A stretch of DNA of 64,000 nt, taken from assembly GCA_963735035.1 (NCBI GenBank), contig CAVTJJ010000003.1, positions 864,001 to 928,000 of the forward strand, written 5' to 3'. Source of the stretch: an uncultured candidate division Zixibacteria bacterium (GTDB lineage: Bacteria; Zixibacteria; MSB-5A5; GN15; FEB-12). The first letter of the stretch is position 1; each line of letters opens with the position of its first letter. The position numbers and the translations under genes were made by a program. Shown here piece by piece: positions 28,316-38,000 of this stretch. The notes beneath the pieces were generated by a model. The model searched no databases. It was given only the letters and a program-made list of their open reading frames with translations, and had not been told where the DNA came from.

Positions 28316-28355
28316 TATATTTTTTTGACCTTCAATTGAACGGTGTTTAAGAATT

Positions 28356-29759
28356 ATGCAACGTTTAGCAAGACATAGGAATACGACGACCAGATGGCAG
28401 ATTGTGGCGGCTTCAATAGCCACGACCGTGCTATATGCCTCGACATTCGCGCAGACTCCCACCCACTTGGATCAGTATGTGCAACTGGGTCTTCATCAGA
28501 ACCTCTCGCTGCAGCAGCAGGAACTGACCGTTCGCAAGGCGTCTGAAGCCACGAAAGAAGCGCGTGGTTTGCTGCTTCCGTCGCTGTCAGTCGACACCCG
28601 GTACAGTGACATAAGCGGCAATTCGCTCGATTTCGGCGATCTGATCAACCCGGCCTACGCGACCTTGAATCAGCTCACCGGTCAGAATCGGTTTCCGACC
28701 AACCTGAGTTTGAAGATCCCGTACAAGCAGGAAACGAAATTCCGCCTGACTCAGCCGGTCTTCCAGCCGAAAGCCATCTACAATCTGCGGCTTCGGCGCG
28801 ACTTGAAGCAGGCCGAGCAGGCGCATCTGGACGCCTCCGCCCGTGACCTGGTCGCGCAGATAAAGACTACTTATCTGGACTATGCCAAGTCGGTGCGCGT
28901 GGTCGAGCTGTACACTCAGACTTTGCAGTTGCTCGAAGAGAATCTCCGAGTCAGCCAGAAGCTGGTAGACAACCAGAAGGCGACGCTTGACGTCCTCTAT
29001 CGTGCCAGGGCGGAGTTGAGCGACGTGCAGCAGAAGCGGGACGAAGCTGAACTCCGTCGTTCGGATGTTGCCCGATTCTTCAATTTCCTGCTCGACCGAC
29101 CCACGGATGCGGCTATCGAACTCGATCCTGATTCGGTCATCAGTGACATCACAATCCCGACCCTTGATCAAGTTGTTCGTTCGGGGCTGGAGCAGCGCGA
29201 CGAACTTAGGCAGCTCGACTACGGCGTACGGGCGTCATCGAACAACGTCAAGCTCAATACATCAGCATACCTGCCCAACGTGGCGGTGGTTGCAGACTAT
29301 GGATTTCAGGGTCAGGACTACCGCTTCTCTTCCAAGAACGACGTGACCACGATCTCGCTGGTCGCACAATGGAACATATTCAACGGCGGTCAGGATGCCT
29401 CCCGTCGCGCTCAGGCGGTATTGGACGTGAAGCGTCTTTCCACCCAGAAGGATGAACTTCAGAAGCAAATTGAGCTTCAGGTTCGGCAGACCTACGATGC
29501 CGTCAGGGTCGCCAAGCAGGCTCAGGCTACTTCCCGCGACCGCCTGCAGAGCGCGCAGAAGTCATTCGAGCTGGTATCCCGCAGGTTCTCCGAAGGGATG
29601 GCGTCACAGGTTGAATTTCTCGATGCCCGGACCAATTTCACTTCGGCCGGCATCAACGATATTCTCACCACGTACAGTTTCGTTCAAACGTTTGTTCAAC
29701 TGGAGCGTGCCGGCGCGCTTTTCTCAGTACAACTCGACAATCTCAGTCAGGACAAGTAA
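28356..29759 (+). CDS. TolC-family outer-membrane efflux protein
   Basis: Signal peptide, two OEP repeats, QWNIFNGG; first structural gene of the RND operon. Confidence 0.9.
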   Translation: MQRLARHRNTTTRWQIVAASIATTVLYASTFAQTPTHLDQYVQLGLHQNLSLQQQELTVRKASEATKEARGLLLPSLSVDTRYSDISGNSLDFGDLINPAYATLNQLTGQNRFPTNLSLKIPYKQETKFRLTQPVFQPKAIYNLRLRRDLKQAEQAHLDASARDLVAQIKTTYLDYAKSVRVVELYTQTLQLLEENLRVSQKLVDNQKATLDVLYRARAELSDVQQKRDEAELRRSDVARFFNFLLDRPTDAAIELDPDSVISDITIPTLDQVVRSGLEQRDELRQLDYGVRASSNNVKLNTSAYLPNVAVVADYGFQGQDYRFSSKNDVTTISLVAQWNIFNGGQDASRRAQAVLDVKRLSTQKDELQKQIELQVRQTYDAVRVAKQAQATSRDRLQSAQKSFELVSRRFSEGMASQVEFLDARTNFTSAGINDILTTYSFVQTFVQLERAGALFSVQLDNLSQDK

Positions 29760-29772
29760 GGAGTCTACTCAC

Positions 29773-30837
29773 ATGCGAAACACAATTTTAATCATCTCAG
29801 CCCTGGTGTTGACAATCGCTTTGTCGATGCTTGCCGGATGCGGCGCCAGTTCGAACGCCGCCGCCACCAACGGGACAGTGACTTCGGCTCCGATACCTGT
29901 GCGCCTGGCCACGGTTGAACACACCAACGCCGGTCTTCCGGTGCGCGCGGTCGGCAAGCTCGAAGCTAAAGAAGAGTTGCGGCTGTCATTCAAGATCGGT
30001 GGCATTGTCGAGAAGGTGTATGTGGATGAAGGCCAGAAGGTGTCCAAAGGTCAACTGCTCGCCACTCTCAGCCTGACCGAAATTGATGCTCAACTGAAGC
30101 AGGCGCAGAACGGTTTCGACAAGGCCGACCGTGATCTTCAGAGAGTAAAGAATCTCTTTGCCGACACCGTCGCCACACTGGAACAACTTCAGAACGCTAC
30201 CACCGCGTGGGAAATGGCCAAGGCCGGTCTCGACGCGGCCGCATTCAATCGCAAGTACTCGCAGATCTATGCGCCTTCGGACGGCCGCATACTCCGGCGG
30301 ATGGCGGATGACCATGAGCAGATAGCCTCAGGTACCACCGTAATCGTCATGGCCGGCTACGAAAAAGGCTGGATCGTGCGGGCCGGGCTGGCTGATCGTG
30401 ACATAATGCGGATACAGACGGGCGATTCTGCGAAAATTGAATTTGATGCCCTTCCCGGAAATCCCGTAACCGGGAACGTCGCGGAAATTGGCGCCGCCCC
30501 GAACCCGATGAATGGAACTTACGAAGTAGAAATCCGGGTCGACCATCCGTCGGAACGGCTGGTTACCGGACTTATTGGAAAGATCACGATCACACCGGCT
30601 ACGACTAAGCAGATGTCATTGGTCCCAATCGAAGCGCTCGTTGAAGCCAACGGCACCAGCGGCTTCGTGTTCGCCCCGGCGTTCGATGAGAAGACGGCCA
30701 TGAAAGTGCCCGTCACGGTCGCGTATATCCAGGAAGGCAAAGTCAGCATCCAGGGCGACCTGCCGGGAATCAGTGAAGTTATTACTGCGGGTGCGACGAA
30801 GCTGACCGACGGCGCGTTCGTCAGCGTTGTAAAGTAA
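29773..30837 (+). CDS. RND efflux membrane-fusion (periplasmic adaptor) lipoprotein
   Basis: Start MRNT after an AAGGAG RBS. Lipobox LAG-C, lipoyl-like LSFKIGGIV..V.EGQ.V.KGQLLA, and IYAPSDG. Confidence 0.9.
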   Translation: MRNTILIISALVLTIALSMLAGCGASSNAAATNGTVTSAPIPVRLATVEHTNAGLPVRAVGKLEAKEELRLSFKIGGIVEKVYVDEGQKVSKGQLLATLSLTEIDAQLKQAQNGFDKADRDLQRVKNLFADTVATLEQLQNATTAWEMAKAGLDAAAFNRKYSQIYAPSDGRILRRMADDHEQIASGTTVIVMAGYEKGWIVRAGLADRDIMRIQTGDSAKIEFDALPGNPVTGNVAEIGAAPNPMNGTYEVEIRVDHPSERLVTGLIGKITITPATTKQMSLVPIEALVEANGTSGFVFAPAFDEKTAMKVPVTVAYIQEGKVSIQGDLPGISEVITAGATKLTDGAFVSVVK

Positions 30838-30876
30838 CGCCTCCGACCATTATTGAGATCGATCAGGAGCCCAAAC

Positions 30877-33800
30877 ATGAAACTTGCAGAGTTCTCTGTC
30901 AAAAACTTCCAGTTCACGATTGTCGTGTTCGTCATGCTGATCGGACTGGGGTTGACATCGTTCATGAACATACCGCGGTCGGAGGACCCGGTGTTTCCGA
31001 TACCCTCTTTCGCGGTGGTGGCGGTCCTGCCCGGTGGGACTCCGCACGACGTCGAACAGCTCCTGATCAATCCGATTGAGAAGAGCCTTAAGGAGCTTGA
31101 GGACATAGACGCGATCAAGTCAACGGCCGAGGACCAGTTGGCAATCGTGAATATCGAGTTCCACGCCGACGCCGATACCGAGCAGAAACATGATGCGGTG
31201 CTGCGACAGATCAACAGCATTCGCGGAACGTTGCCGGCCGAGCTTCTCAGCCTTGAAGTCATCAAGTACAGCACCAGCAATGTCAATATCGTGCAGTGTG
31301 CGCTCGTGTCCGACTCGGTCGATTTCAAGATTCTCGAGAAGCAGGCCACCAATCTCAAGGACCGCATTGACGCCATCAGCGGAATCAAAGATTCCAAGGT
31401 ACTCGCTTGCCCCGAAACTCAGGTGCGCATTGCCCTCGACCTGGAGCGCATTGCCGCCCTGCACATTCCTTTGAATCAGATCATCGGCGCCGTGCAAAGC
31501 GACAATGCCAACATACCAGGCGGCTCAGTGGAATCCGGAACCCGCCGTTTCAATCTCGAAATGTCCGGCCGCTATGAGTCGCTCGACCAGATCGGCTCGA
31601 CGGTGATTGGCACGTCGGATGGGGCCGTGGTTCGGGTACGTGACGTGGCCGAAGTCTCCTGGAATCACGAAGACGAATCGTATACGGCCCGTTTCAATGG
31701 TCGTCGCGCCGTCTTTGTGGTCGCTTCCCTGCAGGGAGGCAAGAATATCTTCGAGGTGCGCGATCGGGTATACGCCGAATTAGGTGATTTCTCGAAGAAC
31801 CTGCCGTCGGGTGTGAAGCTGGAAACCGGCTTCGATCAGTCGAAAAACGTCGCACGACGCTTGGATCATTTGTTCATCGATTTTCTTATCGCTATCACCC
31901 TGGTCTTGATTACACTATTGCCGCTGGGACCCCGCGCCTCACTCATTGTCATGATATCCATCCCGCTGTCAATCGCGATCGGTACAACCCTGTTGTACTG
32001 GTCCGGATTCAGCCTCAACCAGCTTAGTATCGTGGGATTCGTGATTGCGCTGGGCTTGTTGGTCGATGACTCCATCGTGGTGGTCGAGAACATCTCCCGA
32101 TTCATCCGAAAAGGACACAACCGCAAAGAGGCGGCTATTCTGGCAACCCGCCAGATCGGTGTGGCCGTGCTGGGTTGTACTGCCACACTTCTCTTCGCCT
32201 TCCTCCCGTTGCTCTTTCTGCCCGGAACGCCCGGCAATTATATCCGCAGCTTGCCGGCCTCGGTGCTTTACACAATCGGAGCCTCCCTCTTCATTTCGCT
32301 TACGATCATACCGTTCCTGGCCAGTTTTCTCCTTAAGAAAGAGGAGCGCGAGGAAGGCAACCGGGTGCTGCGCGGACTGAACTGGGTGCTGGAACGCTCC
32401 TACCGCCGTCTGCTCCACTGGTCGATTGCACATCCGAAGTACACGGTGTCCATCGCCGCGGTCTTGTTTCTCGCGAGTCTGTCGCTGATTCCGGTGGTTG
32501 GATTCAGTCTGTTTCCCAAAGCGGGCATTCCTCAGTTCCTGGTCACTATAGAAGCTCCAGAGGGAAGCTCGGTGCTGGAAGTTGATCGCGCGGCTCGTTT
32601 CGTAGAAGGTACTCTGATCGGCCAACCCGGTATTCGCGATGTTTACACCAATGTCGGCCGGGGAAATCCGCAGGTCTATTACAACCGGTTGAGTCTGGGC
32701 GAAAAGGCCAATGTCGGCGAACTGTTCGTACTCATCGATGAATACGACGCCAAGAAGACCCCGCGCTATCTGGATAGTCTCCGTCAGGTGTTCAGCGGCT
32801 ATCCCGAGGCCAAGATACAGGTCATAGAGTTTGCCAACGGTGACGCCATCGACACCCCTATCGCACTGAGGATTGTCGGCGACAATCTCGACACCCTCGC
32901 GATGCTGGCTTCGCAGGTCGAACAGGTTATGACCACCGCAGAAGGAACGAGATCGGTCAAGAACCCGACTCTATCTCCTCGGACGGATATTCGTGTCCTC
33001 ATCGATCGTGACAAGGTCGGACTGCTTGGTATGCCGCTGATCGACATCCAGCGCCAGGTACGACTGGCTGTGGCCGGCCTGGCAGTTGGGCAATATCGGG
33101 ATAAGGACGGCGACGACTATGACATCGTCCTTGGCCTCCCCCGCGACAAGAGACCGTCGCTCGAAGTTCTTGACAAGATCTACGTCGGTTCGTCCCTGAG
33201 CGGCTATGTGCCCCTGCGTCAGATTGCCTCAACTGAATTTCAGACTTCACCGACCAAGATCGATCACTACAAACTGAAACGGTCGGTCACGGTGAGCGCC
33301 GATGTGAAAACCGGCTACAACACCGACCGCTTGACCAAACAGATACTGGCAACCTTACAGCAGATGCGTGTTCCAGCGGGATATCAACTTATCCCCGCGG
33401 GCGAAATTGAAATGCGCGAAAAGAGTTTCGGCGGCTTCGGTTCGGCGATCTTGATTGCCGCCTTCGGAATGCTAGTCGTCTTGGTTCTCGAATTCAAGAC
33501 GTTCAAGGGCACCCTGATTGTCGCCTCGGTCATACCGCTGGGGATAGTAGGCGGTATCGTCGCGCTGCTCTTGAGTGGCGAAACCCTGTCATTTGTTTCC
33601 ATGATCGGATTCATCGCCCTGATGGGCATTGAAGTCAAGAACTCGATCCTGCTAGTTGACTTTACCAATCAACTTCGTGAAAAGGGCATGAGTGTCGACG
33701 ATGCGATTCAGCAGGCCGGCGAAATTAGATTCGTGCCGATTCTTCTGACCACCCTGACGGCTATCGGCGGTCTCTTGCCGCTGGTAATCGAAGGCGCTCC

Positions 33801-33933
33801 GCTCTATGCGCCACTGGCACTGGTCATCATCGGTGGTCTTATCAGCTCGACCTTCCTGGCCCGGTTGGTGACACCGGTTATGTACAAGCTGCTGGCACCG
33901 GAGATCGTCGTCGCGGAGGTGTCGGCATCATGA
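30877..33933 (+). CDS. RND efflux permease (AcrB/AcrD/AcrF family)
   Basis: About 1018 aa. GLLVDDSIVVVENI, KNSILLVDF and RFVPILLTTLT motifs. Confidence 0.93.
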   Translation: MKLAEFSVKNFQFTIVVFVMLIGLGLTSFMNIPRSEDPVFPIPSFAVVAVLPGGTPHDVEQLLINPIEKSLKELEDIDAIKSTAEDQLAIVNIEFHADADTEQKHDAVLRQINSIRGTLPAELLSLEVIKYSTSNVNIVQCALVSDSVDFKILEKQATNLKDRIDAISGIKDSKVLACPETQVRIALDLERIAALHIPLNQIIGAVQSDNANIPGGSVESGTRRFNLEMSGRYESLDQIGSTVIGTSDGAVVRVRDVAEVSWNHEDESYTARFNGRRAVFVVASLQGGKNIFEVRDRVYAELGDFSKNLPSGVKLETGFDQSKNVARRLDHLFIDFLIAITLVLITLLPLGPRASLIVMISIPLSIAIGTTLLYWSGFSLNQLSIVGFVIALGLLVDDSIVVVENISRFIRKGHNRKEAAILATRQIGVAVLGCTATLLFAFLPLLFLPGTPGNYIRSLPASVLYTIGASLFISLTIIPFLASFLLKKEEREEGNRVLRGLNWVLERSYRRLLHWSIAHPKYTVSIAAVLFLASLSLIPVVGFSLFPKAGIPQFLVTIEAPEGSSVLEVDRAARFVEGTLIGQPGIRDVYTNVGRGNPQVYYNRLSLGEKANVGELFVLIDEYDAKKTPRYLDSLRQVFSGYPEAKIQVIEFANGDAIDTPIALRIVGDNLDTLAMLASQVEQVMTTAEGTRSVKNPTLSPRTDIRVLIDRDKVGLLGMPLIDIQRQVRLAVAGLAVGQYRDKDGDDYDIVLGLPRDKRPSLEVLDKIYVGSSLSGYVPLRQIASTEFQTSPTKIDHYKLKRSVTVSADVKTGYNTDRLTKQILATLQQMRVPAGYQLIPAGEIEMREKSFGGFGSAILIAAFGMLVVLVLEFKTFKGTLIVASVIPLGIVGGIVALLLSGETLSFVSMIGFIALMGIEVKNSILLVDFTNQLREKGMSVDDAIQQAGEIRFVPILLTTLTAIGGLLPLVIEGAPLYAPLALVIIGGLISSTFLARLVTPVMYKLLAPEIVVAEVSAS

Positions 33934-33981
33934 TAGCAGGCAATCGTAACAGGCCGTATCGTTTACGGCAGGAGAACTAAT

Positions 33982-34764
33982 ATGGCTACCGCACTCGTAA
34001 CCGGAGCTTCCAGCGGGATTGGATATGAACTGGCCCAGCTTTTCGCCGCCGATCAGCACGGTCTGATTCTGGTGGCCAGGCGTGGTGAGCAGTTGAATAA
34101 GTTGGCCGATACTCTTCGCGAATGGTATCAGGTCAAAGTAGATGTGATCGAAATGGATCTCTCCCGACAGTACGCCGCACAGTTTCTCTTTGACGAAGTG
34201 ACCAAACGTGGGCTTGAGGTCGATTTTCTCGTCAACAACGCCGGTTTCGGCGACTATGGTTTGTTCCACAAGCGCGAGTGGTCACGGACAGAACAGATGA
34301 TTATGCTCAACGCCATGACCCTGACTCATCTGACCCATCTGTTTGTCAAGCCGATGGTATTGCGGCGGCGCGGGCGGATCATGAATGTCGCCTCAATCGC
34401 CGGTTTTCAGCCCTGCCCGACCGGCGCCGTGTATGCCGCCACCAAGGCGTACGTTCTCTCGTTCACCGAGGCACTGCATCATGAGCTCCATGGAACGAAC
34501 GTTTCCGCTACGGCTCTCTGCCCCGGTCCCACGAACACCGGTTTTCAGAATGCTGCCGATATGGAGGGAGTGGCACTTTTCAAGGGCAAGGGTGTGATGT
34601 CGAGTGCAGACGTGGCGGCCGCGGGATATCGCGCCATGATGCGAGGCAAGATGACCGTGGTTCCCGGCCTGATGAACAAACTGCTGGTACAGGGGCCGCG
34701 TTTCTCGCCCCGAACCATGACTCCGAGAGTGTCCCGATTTGTCATGCGCCGGGCCACGGACTGA
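33982..34764 (+). CDS. SDR-family oxidoreductase
   Basis: TGASSGIG, NNAG and YAATK motifs. Confidence 0.93.
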   Translation: MATALVTGASSGIGYELAQLFAADQHGLILVARRGEQLNKLADTLREWYQVKVDVIEMDLSRQYAAQFLFDEVTKRGLEVDFLVNNAGFGDYGLFHKREWSRTEQMIMLNAMTLTHLTHLFVKPMVLRRRGRIMNVASIAGFQPCPTGAVYAATKAYVLSFTEALHHELHGTNVSATALCPGPTNTGFQNAADMEGVALFKGKGVMSSADVAAAGYRAMMRGKMTVVPGLMNKLLVQGPRFSPRTMTPRVSRFVMRRATD

Positions 34765-34833
34765 GCGTCAAGTTTGGCTTTGATGCCGGACTCTCAGCTC
34801 ATGGTGCGATGTTTGAATTAATCCCCCTGGTCA

Positions 34834-35014
34834 GGAGGTGTTGAAGAAGCCCGTCTAATTGTCATTGCGAGCGGAGATGGCCCGCCGTGAGGCGGGTCAG
34901 CGTAGCGTGGCAATCTCAAGCTCGTTATAACCGTGTTATTTGAGATCGCGAGTCTCGCTCGCGAAACGCGGTCGAGACTCGCGATGACGGGGATGGTACT
35001 TGTTCAACACTCCC
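34834..35014. repeat. Nested palindromic intergenic element (REP/MITE-like)
   Basis: Outer GTGTTGAA (34838)/TTCAACAC (35003), inner GTCATTGCGA (34861)/TCGCGATGAC (34979), and internal hairpins, between convergent genes. Confidence 0.6.
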
Positions 35015-35033
35015 GTCGGTCTGGGGATTGGTT

Positions 35034-38000
35034 TCAGGAACACGAAGGCACTTCGACCTTCCGGTCCAGTTCTTTTCTTACCGCGAGCGCGAGGGTCCGT
35101 CGGCTAAGAGGTTTCTTGACGAAAGCCCCGGCGCCTAATTTCTGAGCTTCGGTCACCCTCCCCGACTCCGAGAACCCCGACACGATGATCGCCTTCTGAT
35201 CAGGCCTGATCTGGAGCGCGCGGCGGTAAGTCTCCGTGCCGCAGATATCGCTTGGCATGATCATATCGAGTAGTAGCAGGTCGAACGTTGAGTGCGCGAG
35301 CAATTCCACGGCCTTCTTGCCACTGTCGCAGACCGTGACCTCATATCCCAGCGTGGAAAGCAGCCTTGACGAAACTTCGCACTGTATCTCGTCATCGTCC
35401 ACCACCAGGATCGATTCCGTCCCGCGAGGGATTTCATCGGACGGTCTTTCGCTCACGGCCGCGCGAGTGACGGGGAAGTACAGATAGAACGACGTGCCCA
35501 CGCCTACGGTCGTCGTGAGATCGATGAACCCGTTGTGGTCCTTCACGACGGCATCGACCACGCTCAAACCCAGACCCGATCCGCGTTTCTTATCGGTCGA
35601 TTTGGTAGTAAAGAACGGGTCAAATATCTTCTGCATGATCTCGTCCGGTATGCCGCAACCGGAATCGATTACGGTCAGTTTGATATATTCCCCTCGCGGG
35701 ATGCGGCCATACATCACGGTGGTATCATCGATAAATGAGTTTTCCGTCCTGACAGATACCCGGCCGATGTCGCGAACGGCATCGCGGGCATTCATCACAA
35801 GGTTCATTACGACTCGATGCAACTGGGCAATGCCCCCCTCGATATTCATCAGTTTGGGGCAGAGATCGGATTCGATAACCAGGGTGCTCGGCGGCGACGC
35901 CATATCACGAAGCACCTGCTGAATGATGTCATTGAGGTTCAGCACTTCCTGATTGTAGTGTCCCCTCCGACTGAGAGTCAGGAGTTGTTGATTGAGGTCG
36001 GCTATTCTCTTGGCTGATTCCTCGATCGCCTCCAGATACTTCCGGCTTGGGTCGCCCACAGGAAGTTGTTCCCTGATCAATTCCGGATAAGCCATCATAG
36101 GCGCCAACATGTTGTTAAAGTCGTGGGCTACCTGGCCGGCAATCTGACCGGCGGTCTCAAGTCGAAGGGCGCGCGACTCGAGTTCCTGCAGGCGTTTCGT
36201 CTCAGAAATGTCGATTATCGCGCCCGATGCGCCACAATAGTTGCCCTGTTCATCGAATCTCGGTGAAATCGACGCCAGAACAGTCTTGCGGTTGTTTCTC
36301 GCTGTAACGATATCGATTTCGTATTGGCTGTTCAGTCCTTGCTTACGTAATTCTGTTTGAGCGAGAACCTTGTTCTGCAACTGTTGTGGAACAAAGTCCA
36401 GGAGCGACCTGCCTATCAGGTCTTCCTGTGTGCCTGCCTCAAAAATATCGGCGTAAGCCTGGTTGCAGTATTCTATGACTTCGTTCTTGTCGACAACCCC
36501 CAGCCCTTCCAGAGTCGAGTTGAACAATTTGTGATACCGATTCTCCGACTCTCGCAGCGCCTCTTCGGCGTGCTTCCGCTCCGTTATATCAAGGACCGTA
36601 CCCAGCGAGAACATAGGGTTGCCGGCCTCATCGTATTGAGTTTCGCAACGCTCGTGGACGAATTTCACGGTGCCGTCCTTCATCAGCAGGCGATGGACAA
36701 TGTCGTAAGGTTCTCTACTCTTGAGTGAATCGGTGTACGCCTGATTTACCAACGTCCGGTCTTCGGGATGAATAGTATTCAGAAACGCCTCGTACGACGC
36801 GGCAAATTCCTGAGGGTCAATATCGAAGATACGGAACACCTCTGCAGACCAGTCCAGCCAGTTAGCCGTCAGGTCGAGTCTCCAGTGACCGAGATGGGCG
36901 ATGCGTTGCGCCTCGGCATGAGTTGCCTCACTCTCGCGGAGCGCCTCGGCCGACCGTTTGCGCTCGGTGATGTCGAAGACAATCCCGTTAAAGATGACTT
37001 CACTCTCGCGACGCAAATGTCGGGACTGAGCCGAAAACCAGATGGTTTCCCCGGTGGGTTTTTGCAGAATTCCTTCAAAGTTCCAATCGGTACATTCGGA
37101 TATCGCCTTCCCTATTGAAGTCAGGAAACTCTCACGGTATGCGGGATGAACGAGGGCCGTGAATCGTTCGAAGAACCCATCCAATTCTGGTTTCAGGCCG
37201 ACGATCTGTTCTGATTTGTCGCTTATGTAGTAGAACCCGTGTTCGCCGTTGGGTCGCGCATAGAACTGATAGACCGCGCCTGGCACCTGGGAGGCCAATT
37301 CGAAGAGTCGGGCCTCGCTTTCGCGGAGCGCCTCCTCGGCTCGCTTGCGTTCGGTGATGTCGCGAGAGTAACCAGTGGTGCCGATGACATTTCCTTGTTC
37401 GTTTACCACGGGTGTCTTAAACGTCTCAAACCACTTTGGCCGACCCTGATCCTGAACTATCTCTTCAACTATCTTGCTCGCTCTTGCTTCCATGACTTCG
37501 GAATCATCGCGTCGGTATTTGTAGGCGAGTTCCCTGGGCCAGATATCAAGGTCTGTCAGGCCAACCAACTTCTTGGGGTGCTCTAGTCCGCAAGCAAGGG
37601 CAAACGCTTTATTGACGGCCTGGAAGCGGCCGTCCGCGTCTTTGAGCCACATCAATCCGGGTTGATTTTCGATAATAGAGGTCAAGTAGGATTCCCTTAA
37701 TTTGACCTTTTGTTCCGCCCGTATGCGGTCGGTGATGTCCAGATATGATCCCAGCACACCAACGATCGCACCGCCGGCATCCCGAAGCGGGAGCTTGCTC
37801 GTCAGAAGGTGTAGCTGCTCACCCGAGGGCGTTGTCTGCGGCTCCTCGAATAGAAGCCTGGCCTCCCCGCTTTCAATCACGGCGCGATCGTCAGCCTGGT
37901 AAAGGTCGGCCTGTTCCCGCCAGCCCATGTCACTGTCATCGCGTCCGATTATATCCTCGGGCTTCTCAAATCCTGCATCTCGCGCAAAGGACGTGTTGCA

